64,000 nucleotides of DNA from Macrostomum hystrix (lineage: Eukaryota; Animalia; Platyhelminthes), in the NCBI GenBank assembly GCA_950097015.1, contig CATNEN010000034.1, positions 3,844,001 through 3,908,000 of the forward strand, in the 5' to 3' direction. Below, piece by piece: positions 12,213 through 25,100 of the stretch. Under the pieces are notes generated by a model. That model saw only the letters and a program-made list of their open reading frames with translations. It was not told the origin of the DNA and made no database searches. Both the position numbers and the translations under genes were made by a program. The stretch's first letter is position 1; every line of letters begins with the position of its first letter.

Positions 12213-13178
12213 ATGAACAACGGCGAGGAAGAAAATCAGCATGAGCCGGACGAGATCGAGGCATTCCTAAAGGCGATTCAGGAAGACTACGATTTTCTTG
12301 AAGATGAGAATATGCCTGCCGAGGCTCCCGAGAGGCAGCCCACAAGACCGAGACTGCCTTCCGGCGGCAACAGAAGCAGCAGTAGCGGCGGTGGCAGCGG
12401 CAGTAGCGGCGGTGGCAGCAGCAGTAGCGGCGGCGGCAGCAGCAGCGGCGACAGAGGCAGCAGTGGCGGCGGCGGCAATAGAGGCGGCAGCGACGGCGGC
12501 GGCGGCAGTAGCAGCAGCAGCGGCGGCGACGGCAGCGGCAGCGGCAGTGGCAATGTCAGCGGAGGAAAAAGGGTGCGCCTAGACATGGAGGCGCGACCTG
12601 TGCCCGGTAACACAGCCACAGCCGCCAAAAGCCGCAAACAGCTGCTGTCCGAGCAAGCGGCTACGTTAGTAACGACAGCTGTGCGCGCCGACGGCTTGTC
12701 CTGCAGTCGGCAGTTATCGGCTCAGCCAGATCTGCGAAGGCAGCTAGCTAGTCGGCAATTCGTGTCAAGTGTGGAGCCGCCGACTCAGCAGCAGCCGCAG
12801 CCTCCGGCAGAAGCAGGTCCCACGGACTATCGGAACAACACTCGGGCGCTAATTCTTCAGCATGGTGTCCCCATTGAGCGGAGCAGACATGCCCTGGTGC
12901 AATACCTGCTGCGTATTGCCTTTTTGCGAACTGATGTGGCCTTGCCGCAGCGGGCCCAAGTGTGGCCAGCCATCAGAGTCCTACGCGAACGGATGTCGAG
13001 GACCAACTCCATGACAATTGTACGAGATGTCTGCGCCACCGTCAGGAGGGCCATTGCTGCGGATGGCCGGACCCCATTCCGGCAGCTTCTGGCCATCGAG
13101 GTTCGGTGGGTGAGCCAGCAGCTCGGCTGGCCTTTCTACCGGGAACTGCCGGAGCCGTGTGATTTTGACCAGGCCTAA
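12213..13178 (+). CDS. Uncharacterised 321-aa accessory protein of LTR element 1
   Basis: Intact GC-rich ORF in an otherwise decayed element. TATAAAT at 12150-12156; AAAATGA start context. Acidic N-terminus, Gly/Ser linker, KRVRL basic motif and an R/L/A-rich, probably helical C-terminal region of ~110 aa. Confidence 0.7.
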   Translation: MNNGEEENQHEPDEIEAFLKAIQEDYDFLEDENMPAEAPERQPTRPRLPSGGNRSSSSGGGSGSSGGGSSSSGGGSSSGDRGSSGGGGNRGGSDGGGGSSSSSGGDGSGSGSGNVSGGKRVRLDMEARPVPGNTATAAKSRKQLLSEQAATLVTTAVRADGLSCSRQLSAQPDLRRQLASRQFVSSVEPPTQQQPQPPAEAGPTDYRNNTRALILQHGVPIERSRHALVQYLLRIAFLRTDVALPQRAQVWPAIRVLRERMSRTNSMTIVRDVCATVRRAIAADGRTPFRQLLAIEVRWVSQQLGWPFYRELPEPCDFDQA

Positions 13179-13343
13179 TTGTCTAATTATGGACTATAAA
13201 TTTAGTACCTATTACATTTTATAATTTTTTTTTTTGCGTTGGTGTCGTATTTTTAGGTGTCGTGTCTTGTATTAATGTTGTAATTTTTCTTTTTGTATTT
13301 CTGTAAAAAAAAATTCTCACTCATGTTTTTATTCCAATTTTTT

Positions 13344-13359
13344 AAAAAGAGAAGGCAGG
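13344..13359 (+). promoter_or_regulatory. Polypurine tract AAAAAGAGAAGGCAGG of element 1
   Basis: Purine run immediately 5' of the 3' LTR. Confidence 0.85.
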
Positions 13360-13360
13360 T

Positions 13361-13958
13361 TGTAATAGGTCTATTTTTCTGCATTATAGCTGGTGATGGT
13401 TTTCTTTTTATTTTCTCGCGCTACAAAATTTTATTACATATTTTATATACATATAGTATATTACATATTATAAATATTTTATATACTTTATATAGTTTAG
13501 TAAATATGCGTTATTAAAACAAAGTTGATAAATGCTATATAAGCATGAAGTTTGTCGTGGTGATAATACAACTCGCCAGTGAGCCAAGAAAGGCAATATC
13601 TGAGTAAAAAGATCTTTTTGAATAAAGCAAAACGTGTTGTGTTAGTTATTGAGGAAACACATTTAGTGCAAAACCGAGGATTGAGGTTGTGACCCTCTGA
13701 TCCTGGAGAAACGCCCAGCAGAGACTGGAGAAGAAGAGACCAGTGCCTTAGAGGGATAAACCGCTCGTGCCAGTGCAGAAGCGCTACCTAGGAGAATCGC
13801 GCAACGTAAGAGTTGTGGTGTTAAAACGGCCCTTTTCAGGGCCACCGAGTTAAAGACATACGGAGAACGTAAACAGTAGAGAAGGAGATAAAAGAATAGA
13901 AGAGGCCAAAAGATACGCTACCATTAGAGAGAAAAGTAGAGAGACAAGCCCTGTTACA
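13361..13958 (+). repeat. 3' LTR of element 1
   Basis: Same 598-bp sequence as 9623-10220; the ORF track gives identical antisense peptides for both copies. Confidence 0.95.
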
Positions 13959-15528
13959 TATATATATTCTATTAACACTCAGTATTAAAGTATTAAATTT
14001 CGATTTTACATTAAATAGGATTACTATGCTGACAAGACATGTTTATTTGTTTGCAATATAAAACTATTTTGGCTTTAAAGATGTGGCAAAGCCATACCTA
14101 TTCCATAGCTTAACAAATAGATGTCGCATAGACATCAATTTACTATTTACAGTCAATGCAAAAGCCATCTGAAATGTGTAAAGGGGTACATTAGAGAAAC
14201 ATGTTTCTGAGAGATTCCACTAAAGGAAAATAAAAAGGTTTGACTATATCATATTCTACATAAAATTCTACATTAAATTTTAATGGGATACACTTGTAAA
14301 ACACTATAAACAATGTTCAAAAACAAAATATAAAACTTTCAAACAGAAAATTTATGAAGAAAAAATGTTTTAAGCAAATAATTACTTTTTATTTATAGAA
14401 TTTTATTTTCTCTTTCTGAATATTTACTTTGTTTGACTCAGTACCAATGCATAACTTAAAAATTTCAAAATCTATGTATGTTTGTTTTTTTGACTTTTTG
14501 ATCACACAACAATTTTTTTAAATAACAAACTTTGACACAGTATAACTTTCTTGTTATTGCACCTATTGTAGAGTAGAAAAACTCGTTAGAAAGTAAATTT
14601 TTATATTCTTTCTACTGATGATAAGCTTTCTTCTCTAACCAAAATATTTTAATTCTTTTTTTTCTTCAGAAAATTGCATTTTCTTCATTTTTCATTTTTT
14701 ATTCACTTACTGGTGTCCTTACTGTAGCTATCGTCAGTCATCAAACAAATATTAATAGTTATAATTTTCATGTGTCTCTGAAATTTGGATGAAGCAAAAT
14801 AATATTCTCAGACATGCTTCAAAAAACTCAGGAAGTTAGATTTTTATCTGTAGGAGTAAACTCCAAAGACAGTGCAGTCTCTTTCTTTATAAGAATTACT
14901 AGCTAGCTAGAGTTTTGACAATATGAAGTTGTTTAGTAAGGCCTTGAGTCATAATATCCATAGCTAATATATGGCACTTATTTGTTTCATATTATATGTA
15001 CTATTTTGGTTCATTTGGCATTTTGGTTCATATAATTCTATTTCAGTTCCAATTCACACCTTGTCCTTAACCATAGTTTTTTATCTTAAATTTCTCTGTT
15101 TAAATTGTCCTTTCAAACATCATCCTCTATAAAATAGGCTTTAGGGGTTTGCTAAAATCAATTTTACATGATGTATCAAATATTTACATATTGTTTATAT
15201 GACAAAACAAAGCAAAGTTTTTGTCATGAACTTACACTTAAAAATGAACGAACAATAATACATTAGTGCCCCAATTACCCATACCCTTAGTTAGGCCAAA
15301 GTGGCAGTTTAGAAAATTTTGGTAAATATTAGTGCACACAGACAGTAAAATCCAAAGTTTGCTACTATACTCATAATATAAACTGTGTAGATCAGTATTA
15401 GCAGTTGTGTCATCATTGTAGTTATAAATTTGAATTTTCTGAATAAACAGTTCAATTTTAACTTGTTAATTCACACCCAGATTTTGTCACCAGAGGTTGC
15501 ATCAGATAGCACTATACACAGCAACATA

Positions 15529-18500
15529 ATGACTGACGGTAAAGAATCACGTGCTGGCAAGGGCTTGTCATTTGGTCCGCAGTGGATACAGAAGCTGCAG
15601 AGCGGCCAGACTGACGGCATGACACCGCCGCCGACTCCGACTTCGCCAGCTGTTGGAGCATTGAAATCTGGCGCCGGATCGTTTGGTATTGGTGGCGGCG
15701 GCAGCGGCGCTGGTCAGCATCGATACACGCGAGATGAAATCCTTAAGCTATCCGAGTGGGCCATGAAATCGGCAAAACCGCCCTGTTTGGCTAGATTTCC
15801 CGAGATTTGCTCAAACGAACCGCAGCCGGCATTAGCTAATTTGCCGCCAACGGAGAAAGAACAATACCTGATGAGCAAAGGCTTTAACAGTGCGGCTGTG
15901 TTGAAGAATTACAATAGGTCAGTTTTTAGTTTAATCTTGCTATTTTCTCTATGGTCAATGGTTCATAAACCTTTTTTTGTTATTCAGAGACAAAGACCGG
16001 GACTGGGGAGGCGAAGGCGGCGGTCGCGAGCTGGACATTCGGGACCGGGATCCCAGCGACAGGCCGGTCCGGGAGCGTCTGGTTGTCGGCTCCGATTCTG
16101 CGCGAAGTCGCGGCGGGGGCCTCGGATCTAGTTCGCAGGAGCGCGGTGGTCATCGGGGTCGGGGTCGAGGCCGCGGCCAGCCGGTTGCCGGCGGACGCGA
16201 ACCCGGCGGTGTCGGCGTCGCAGCGGTCGGCGGCGGTTCGAGTTTCCACGAGCCTCGGCGGCTGATTGGAAACGCGGACGCCGACGACGATTGGCGTTCG
16301 CGCTCGTCTAGACCGGCGCCGGCTGCCGTGGCTACAACAGCGGCCTCTGGCGAAGCGGTAGCTTCCACGGCGCCACCAACGCGTGCTTGGAGACCCCGTG
16401 GCGGAGCGACTGCGGCTGCCACCGTCGGGGAGACTACTCGCGGCGGTGGCAGCGGCGGCGGTCCCGGTCGATGGCGCCTGGGCACCACCGGTGGGTCAAC
16501 CGGTGCTACGACGACTGGCAGCGGGCCACGTCGTCGGCCAGGTTAGATTTCAATTATTTTTGCCGGTACTGATTGGAAGATTCTATCCTGGCACTGTTTC
16601 TTGCTTTCAGGAGGCGATCCTGGGGACACCAGTGGCGGCGAGGCACTGCCGGAGTGGAGCCAGGATACTGACGAGTTCGGAGGTCGCTCCTTGGGAGGCG
16701 GCACCGGCAGTGTAGCGGCCGGCAGCGGTGGCACTTTCGACAGCGGCGGCAAGTACATCGCCGTTGTTTCCGATTCTAGACAGAAGTCCAAGCATGTAGA
16801 AGACGAAGAAGCGGATTACAACGACGAGGAGGAAGAGCACGAAGAGGAAGATCTTCCGCAATTGGTCGACAACGTTGAATCAGCTGACGGGGGCGGCGGT
16901 GCCTCTGAATTAGGGCAATTAAAATCGCCGCCAAGAGGTGAACGCAGTTGGTTCTATCAGGACCGGGTCGGTCAAGTCCAGGGCCCGTTCAATTCGCACC
17001 AGATGCTTGAGTGGAACAAAGGCGGCTATTTTCAACCGGAGCTCATGGTTAAACGATCGGAAGATGCCAGATTTGCTCAATTGGCTGATTTCTTCCGGCT
17101 TTACTCGGGCAATCCGTTTGTCCGGCCGGGCAATCGACCGGAGTCGCCGCCACCGTTGGAGCCTGAGCTGGCACCACCAGCAACATCTATAGTGACTACT
17201 TCTACTGCAATAACGTCTACAGTTGTGCCAGAAGCAGCGGCCCTGATGCCCCAGATGCTGCAGATGATGCGCAGCACATTAGAAGCCGAATTAGAGCAGC
17301 GGGCCAGGGCGTTGCGTGAGCAGGAGGAAAAACTGCGACTTGAGCAGTTAGAGATTGAGCGAGCTAGGCGCGAGCTAGAGGAGAAGCTGGCCCGAGACCT
17401 CGAAGAGCAGACTAGACAGCGGCAGGCGGCAGAGGAGCGGCTTCGTCTATTTGAAGCCGAGAAGCTACGCATTCAACGCGAGGAGGAAATGCGGCGCGAG
17501 CAGCAGAGATTAGAGCAGGCCGAGGAATTGACCAGGCAGAAGCGGCAGGCCGAGGACCTCGCCAGGCAGCAGCTGGCGGAGGAGCTGTCTAGACAGCAGC
17601 GCCAGACAGAAGAGCTGGCCAGGCAGCGCCAGGCTGAAGTGCTGGACAGGCAGCAGCAGCAGGCAGAAGAGACCGCTGCTCTACAGAGGAAACAGGCAGC
17701 TGCGGAAGAAGAAGCGGCCGCAAAAATGCGGCGTCAAGCTTCTGAAGTGTCGTCTGCTTCATTAACCCGGCCAGCCAAACAGGTTGTAGACGCAGACGAA
17801 GCTGATAGACAGATGCAGCTAATTAGGCAACTAGCTGAAGTGAAATGGAAGCGACCGGAACAGAAACCTCAGTCGCCGCCACCTCTGCAACAGCAGCAAC
17901 CGCAGACGCCAGCCACGCTGCAGTCACCGCAGCAGGACTTCGGACAGGGATTTCGAATGCCTTCAACTGCGCGCTGGGCCTCTAGCCCATCCCAAGTGGC
18001 TTCGTTGGCATCGGCAGCTGTTGGCAGTCCAACCCAGACGCAATCGCTATTAGAAATTCAGCGCGCCCAGGAGCGGGCTCTGCAACTAGAGCAGCAGAAA
18101 CAGCGCCAGTTAGAACAGCTGGAGCGGGAGCAGGCTGCCGCTGCGGCTCGGGCTCAAGCCGCTGCCGGAGCGCCCTGGGGCTCAGCCCGCACGGGTCCAA
18201 CCAAATCTTTGGCGGAGATTCAAGCTGAAGAGGAGGCTAAGCGTACAACCTCGGCTCAGCAGCAGCATCAGTATCAGCAACCGCAGCACCATTTTGTTAG
18301 GGCTAGTGGCGCCGGTGGCTACACGGCCGTACCAGCCACCGCTCTGTGGTCCGGTAAAGTGCGCGAAAATGCTCCACCCCAGCCGCCCCCTCAGCAGCAG
18401 CCGCCGCCGCCCGCTACGTCGCAACCAACGGCGGCTAGTTTGGCTTCGATATGGAATTTTGAGTCGCTGTCTATTGGTGCGAAATCGCCAAATACAACTA

Positions 18501-19906
18501 CAACGACGTCTACGCCGGCTGTATCGACAACTGCCGGTCCGGCTCTTGTTCCTAAGCCAAAGGCTAATCAGGCTAAACAGCAACAGCCTGTAAAGACTTC
18601 ATCATCAGCCACAGCCAGCACGGATGCGGTTAGTCGAAAGGCCCGCGAGGAGGACAAAGCTCAGCAGGTGCTTCGTCAGAATCTAGCTAGACAAGGCAGC
18701 TCTGCTAGCGACTCGCTAACTTTATGGTGCCAGCAACAATTGCGCGGCCTAGACACGCAGGTTGACATTCCGACTTTAATTGAACTGCTAAAAGACATTG
18801 AAGATCCAAACGATGTGGACGATCTAATTAAGAGCTATCTTGGCGAGAATGCGCGAACTGTGGAGTTTAGTAAGAACTTCTTAAAGAAGCGCATCGAATT
18901 CAAGTATCAGGAGAGGAACGGCGGCGACCAGGTGAGTCAGATCACCCGCTTAAGTCAATGCTATATTTTTATAGTTTGCTTCTGTGCTAAACGGCGTTAA
19001 CACAACACTTTTTCAACTCACTTATACATATTTACCTTGACATCCGTATCTAGTCTCTCAACTCATCAGACAGAAACGAGTTTATGTCGCATACTGGAAG
19101 ACTTTAAGATATTATAATTTATCCGTTAAATCTTCCCTGGATTTCCCATGACTGGAAGTTCCATCGCGGCTTGCAAAATCTATTTTTTAGAAGTTACTTT
19201 TTTTATTGTCATCCCTTCGCTTCGGGGCCACCCTCGGGGATTCTATTTTTATAAGCATCCCTTATCAATTTCATCACTTCGCTTCGGGGTCACCCTCGGG
19301 GATTCTATTTTTAGAAGCATCCCTTATCAATTTCATCACTTCGCTTTGGGGTCACCCTCGGGGATTCTATTTTTAGAAGCATCCCTTATTAATTTCATCC
19401 CTTCGCTTCGGGGCCACCCTCGGGGATTCTATTTTTAGAAGCATCCCTTATCAATTTCATCACTTCGCTTCGGGGCCACCCTCGGGGATTCTATTTTTAG
19501 AAGCATCCCTTATCAATTTCATCACTTCGCTTTGGGGTCTCCCTCGGGGGATTTATTTTTAGAAGCACGATTTACCATCGTTATCTCTTCGATGTTGGGC
19601 AACCCTTTAGAGTAAATTATTTTTGCATCAAACTAAAATGCTAACCCAAAACGCTTTGTTTAGCATTTATCCGCTTCGGGCGCCTCGGTCGCTGGCAGCT
19701 CCTCTTTAGCCGGCGCAGCGGGATCGCCTGCCGCCAAGTCTGGCAAAGACGCTTCGGAGAAGTCCAACAATTTCCAGCCGGTTGCTGGCAGCAAGAAGAA
19801 GAAGAAGAACACGAAGAAGTTTAAAGTGCACTCGGATATGCTGGGCTTCACTAGCGCCCCGAGTTCGACCCGGTCCAACATTGGCCAGATTGAGACCGCC
19901 GATTAA
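15529..19906 (+). CDS. GIGYF2: GRB10-interacting GYF protein (GIGYF1/2 family), about 1170 aa, 4 coding exons
   Basis: Phase-consistent exons 15529-15917, 15988-16541, 16611-18931 and 19664-19906. Motifs: N-terminal LSFGPQW and RYTRDEIL; LPEW...GTFDSGG; GYF domain WFYQDRVGQVQGPFNSHQMLEWNKGGYF; C-terminal WCQQQL...VDIPTLIELLKDIEDP...YLGE...FSKNFLKKR; terminal KKKKK...MLGF...NIGQIETAD. Confidence 0.93.
19190..19565. repeat. 62-bp tandem repeat (...AGAAGCATCCCTTATCAATTTCATCACTTCGCTTCGGGGTCACCCTCGGGGATTCTATTTTT...) in GIGYF last intron
   Basis: About 6 units; period measured 19301 to 19363. Confidence 0.93.
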
Positions 19907-21874
19907 GAATCTGATTCCAAACTGCTGCAACTGGGTCGCTTGCTGCTCGTTTTTGTTGGATTCGTCCGTCTTTTGAAAATCTTGGGTCCCGGGCTGGCAT
20001 TGAGCTCGGCTTATTTTAGTTACTCTATACTACTGTATTAGCGTATAAATAGAATTTTATTTTTAGTATGGACACAACACATTGTGTTGTGTTGACTATC
20101 TAGATATTGTTATTATTTTGGCGCTGATAATAAAAGATTACTCCGATTCACTTATCACTTAATTTGTTTTTTTATTTGGGCATGCAAATCTTGAATGGTA
20201 CATAAGAATCAGGAACTTATATTTATAATTACTCATTCGATATAAAGATATTCGATAAGCTGAAAAAACTATGTATGCATCAATCAATTTCCCTCTCTGT
20301 GTCTTTATTTTTCTTTTGTCAATTTTTGTTTGTTTTCATTAACAAATTTTCAATCGGGATGAGGCCTACCTATAATCTAATGGTTTTCCACATCATAAAT
20401 ATGAATTGAATATATGTATAGTGTAGCCTAAATCTAAGCAGTCTAGATGCTGATAGCACAAGCCACCAAATCCTTCGTTATATATGAAAACTATTCCTTT
20501 AATTTCTGTCCACTTGCAACCATATCTATTTTATTTAGTTGTAAAACTGTTCTGCAAACAGCCAGTACTTGACTATTGTCTGTTAATCAATGTGTGTGTG
20601 TGTTGTCATGCTTTCATGCCACTATTGTATGCTATGCGTCCGACATAATACTCACCGGGCCCTTTTGAGATCCTCAGGCTGACCCACCAGTACTTCTTAG
20701 ATCCTCAGGCTGACCCACCAAGCCACCAGACTCAAATTCCACCGGTTAACCTATTCGTTTTGGTTGTTTTGCTTTTCTGTTTCTGAAATCATTTTTTCGG
20801 CATTTCCTTTCTACCCGGCTGTTCGAATGAACCTTAAATACCTTAATTTGCTTCTGCCTCCAATTCTCTCTCTTTTCCTCTCTCTTCAATTGTTTATTTA
20901 GTTTGGGCTATTTCGAATAATTTACGAGTATAAAAATGCGAATGCCAGCTTAAAAGTGGTCCTGCGAAGTTCTGTTGTTTCGTTTTTTTCTGCTCCTTGG
21001 CACTGTCGCTTGCTGTTTTGTTTATTAATTTATTTGTTTGTTTGTTTATCTGCGCTGATCTAGCTCTGTGTAAACTCTCTCAAAATTCCCAACGTTTATA
21101 AAGGCGGTGTAAAATATCTACGAGTTATATCATTTTGCTATTGCTACTCACTAGTAGGCAAATAAGAAAAAGCCACTTATTTTTAGTGTATTTTTTCAGC
21201 AACAATTTCTTCTTTTAACGAGTTACTTTAATGACCAGTGATTGCGTTTCTTCTCTTCTATAATCGTCTCTCTCGTCTCGTTTGATATTCGTTCCGGGAA
21301 TTCTGGCTCATCTGGGCAGGCGTTAGCGAGCTCAGCATGACCCTACTTGTAATAGCAGCGTGCGTACGTAGCCCTCTCGCTGCCATAACTTTCTTGACTA
21401 AATTTCAGTCAATTATTTTTTTGCCGTTTGTTTTGTTCTCTAGCGAGACTCTTACACAGGTGTCAGGCACTGTACATAGACTAAAATGGTTTGTTGTCTC
21501 CCATTGTCCTGTTACACTGTCGCTGCTAATGGCTGGTTCAAGTTTGTTGAGTTCTATTTCTCCCAGTTGCCTGCTTGAATTTCGCTGCAAGTTCGACAGC
21601 TGACACAAACTTAGCTGTAATTTAGCTGCAAATGGCATAGAGAACTAAGACAATAAAAGGCTATTTGATGGAGACACGTTTCTGTGTTTAATTCTTCGTT
21701 CTGTTTGAATTTTGAATTGTGAAAACTTGCGTTTACCACCGGAAACTTTTTGTTAAAAGCTTTTTTGTTTTACCTTACTAATTTGTTATTTGCGTGGATT
21801 TAACATTCTTATTCACACAAAAATATCTTAGGCCAAGAAAAACATTGCAAAAATTACTTACTGATGGTTTGTGA

Positions 21875-22120
21875 TCAGAGTGGACAGATCTGACACTAAA
21901 TTGTCAGCTCAGAGTGGACAAGTCTGACACTACAAACTGTCAGCAGACGGGTCAGCTCAGAGTGGACAGATCTGACACTAAACTGTCAGCAGACGGGTCA
22001 GCTCAGAGTGGACAGATCTGAAACTAAACTGTCAGCAGATGGGTCAGCTCAGAGTGGAAAGATCTGACACTAAACTGTCAGCAGACGGGTCAGCTCAGAG
22101 TGGGCAGATCTGACACTAAA
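21875..22120. repeat. About 46-bp tandem repeat (GTCAGCTCAGAGTGGACAGATCTGACACTAAACTGTCAGCAGACGG)n
   Basis: About 5 units with an internal CTGAC...GTCAG inverted repeat. Confidence 0.9.
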
Positions 22121-25100
22121 GCAGAGACTTGTGCTCATGCTTCTGTCCTACTGCCTAAGCCAGTGAGCGAAAGTGTGTTTCGATATGACAACTAGCTCGT
22201 ACTGTAATTAGCTCGGCATCCGTCTGAGAGTTTCGTGCAATTAGCTTCTGACTGCGCAAAAGAGTTAGAGGGGAGTAATCCCCATTGTGGCATCGGAACC
22301 CTGGGGTTGCAGCCTCCAGTCTTGCTATCTTTCAGCAGTGCGGCGCGACAGCTTAGCCATAAGCTTTAATCCCTTGATGCCGCTTCATCAGAATCACCGC
22401 CTCATCAGCCTCCGTGCTGTAATGGAAGCGAGAGGCGAATTAATTAAATGGAACCCGCGCTCAACTCGGCCCGACAATCCACTGCCGCGGCCGCTGACGA
22501 GCTCATTCGTGCATGAGAACAGAATCAGTTTTTTCTCTCCAAAAAGGCAATCTGGGATTTGATACTGCCCTTCTAACCGGGACTCGAATGGGGCTCGATC
22601 TGTTAAATTATTATTCATATCAATACTCGCGTTGCCGCGTGCTCAGATTTCCGCTTTCTCTCTCTCTCTCTCGATCTCAAGCTGCCTTTGTCTAGCTCTT
22701 GTGCTTCACGCTTGAGCACCCGCGCTCTCCGCTTGGGCTCGCTAGACTGACAAAGGAAGGTGTTATATATGCTCAGAATCGGCTTAGATATAAACAGTGT
22801 GGGGTGCAGTTCCATCTAATCCTTTTGGGAATCCTAAGACAGGATTCTGTGCTCACCTGTACCTTTGATAATTAGTTTGTCATATACCCGAATAACTTCG
22901 ATTCAATATTGTTGCAGTCAAAAGTATCCATCGGATCTAGCCGACATTAGCTTCTGGGCAGGCGTTTTTGCATAGGGAATATGCGAGTAGAATTAATGTA
23001 TCAGAAATAGGAGAAATAGACTACAGCTGTTCAGTCCGTGGACTGTTGAGGCCGCGTCACCCACACGAATTTCCACGCCAGCTGAAGCTGGGCAACTGGG
23101 CAACTAGGGAATTAAATTGTGTTTTTCAATAACAAAATTGCTTCCCTTGCATTAAGATTCGAACTCGCGACGTTCTGTCAAAAGTCCAAAAGCTGTATAT
23201 TTGGTTCCATTAAGAGCACTTGAACCGCAGGAAAGCAAACGCACCTGGGCCTAATTATTGCAACAGCAAAATTGCACTACAGACCTATTACATTGCACAA
23301 TATCATTTCATATAGATTATAGCGGTTCAATAATTTACTTTTAGTAGCTGCAGCCGTGGCAGCATTTTTCGCGCTGCATCGGCAGTCGCATTATCCCCTG
23401 TCGTCATTATCCACCCTCTCGGTTTCCATCCCCAATTCTAACTGCTCGAGAATAGATCTAGCCGGAGCTGTTAATTGAATAGAACAGAAATATGGAAGGC
23501 AATTCTGTTGAAATGGGGCCTGGCGAGTTCTTAGCCTTCCAATCTACCCATTCCACGGACTATCTGATCCCTAGAGAATCAGAACAGAAGTGACACGAAT
23601 TCCAAATGTAAAAGTGCAAATTACATTCGAGAGAAGCAAAGAAGAAATCAAGGCCCTGGATAGCTGATCAAGACCGCCTATTTCTTGCCGTAATTCTCGT
23701 AATTGTATTTTACTCTTATGACATTGTTTTTCTGTTCTCTTTTTATTTTAATAAACCTGAACTGTCTCGGTCCATCTTCTACGTTTGCGTGTGAAGTTAA
23801 CTTCTACGAGTATTTAGAACTTGGGGGCTATTGTGCTAGTCCTTATGCCAAGTCCTTTCAAACACCTTCCAGTCTCATCTTTCCCGTGTCTCATCTCTTC
23901 ACTGTCTCATCTCTCACCTATCTTGTATGTCCATTTCTCTTACTTCTGTCCCCTCTCCACTGTCAATTTAGTTTAAAAGGGGGTTCCTTTGCTAGTCTAT
24001 AATACTAACCCAAATTTGTTGCCTAATCTCTATTACCGCATCACGGACTTTAGATTTTTCATTCTAACCACAAATAAGCGATCTGATACTTAATAATTGA
24101 ATCAAAACTTTATTGATTATGAACTTTCGCAATTTTTAGATCAGATTTAAAGTTGGAGATTGCTAATCAAAACTTTTAACTATGAAAAAGCCACGTTATT
24201 TACGAGTATCAGGTATTAGCCTTCATTTTGACTTCAAAGGTCTCCTGTTTCTTATAGATGGTTTTTTATTTAAAGGAGCGTTCGAATAACTGAGCAAGAT
24301 TATCGACCGAGCAATCCTGTGGTAGTGCAGATCAGATTCACGAATGGATGTTGGTTAGTGTCTTTTCCAATCTCTATTGAAAGGCATGCGATTGCGGTGA
24401 ACCACATGTTAAGTGGCAGCAAACTGTAGATCCTCATAGATAGGTAGATGAGGCGGACAGGATGCTGTGACGGGGCCTCCATATGAATTGGCTCTAAAAC
24501 GTGCATTATGAGGTCGAACGCCTCGATACACTTCCCTCGGCTGTGGCGGCTGCGGTCCAGAGAACCTTCTGCCCCGATATCTGCCCCCCCGGCATCCTTC
24601 TTCATCTTTTTCCCATCGCACTCAACAAAGGCTCGGAACTGACAGGGGCGGATAGCTAGCTGAGCTCAGGATGGGGCGCGCATGCCGCTTGAAGAGGCTC
24701 CCTGGCCATCCTATCATCTGCTCAGAGTCCCTCTGCCCCCGTCCTGAGCTGCCTCCCCCGCCTCGAGCATGCTGCTGCAGCCGCTAATTCGTCCCAGCCA
24801 GTAACCGGCGCTACAGTCGGATTTTGAGGGGCCTAAAATCCACTGAACCTGCCCAACTTCTTTGCCAGCCTTGGCCAGACAAAAAAGGCGTTCTGTAAAA
24901 AAGGCCGACAAACAAAGAACTTAATTAACTTAATTAAGCTGAGCAAGTGACGGGCTCAAAAAACAACAAGCGGTGAGTAAAGTGCAGCAAGTATTTATTG
25001 TTAGGTGCGAGGGCTTTTACAAAGCAATTGTTCTAGTTTTTTTCTTCTTGTAGATCTGTCTAATATGTCAACGGATCGTCGATTAAACTGATCTGAATCA

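Larger units (their letters stand above)
9623..13958 (+). mobile_element. Non-autonomous LTR retrotransposon (element 1, gypsy-like), 4336 bp
   Basis: Two 598-bp direct repeats (TGTAAT...TGTTACA) that look identical by eye, TATA(TA) on both flanks as TSD, a PBS after the 5' LTR and a PPT before the 3' LTR. No intact gag-pol. Confidence 0.95.

Noticed and set aside
12203-12217. 15-nt match (GCCATCGAAAATGAA) between the cargo ORF start and CCDC96 exon 2
   Set aside because: The match is short and isolated with no extension on either side; most likely chance.
21330-22815. Short minus-strand ORFs and scattered splice-like signals
   Set aside because: I could not join them into a phase-consistent gene, and no motifs were recognised.
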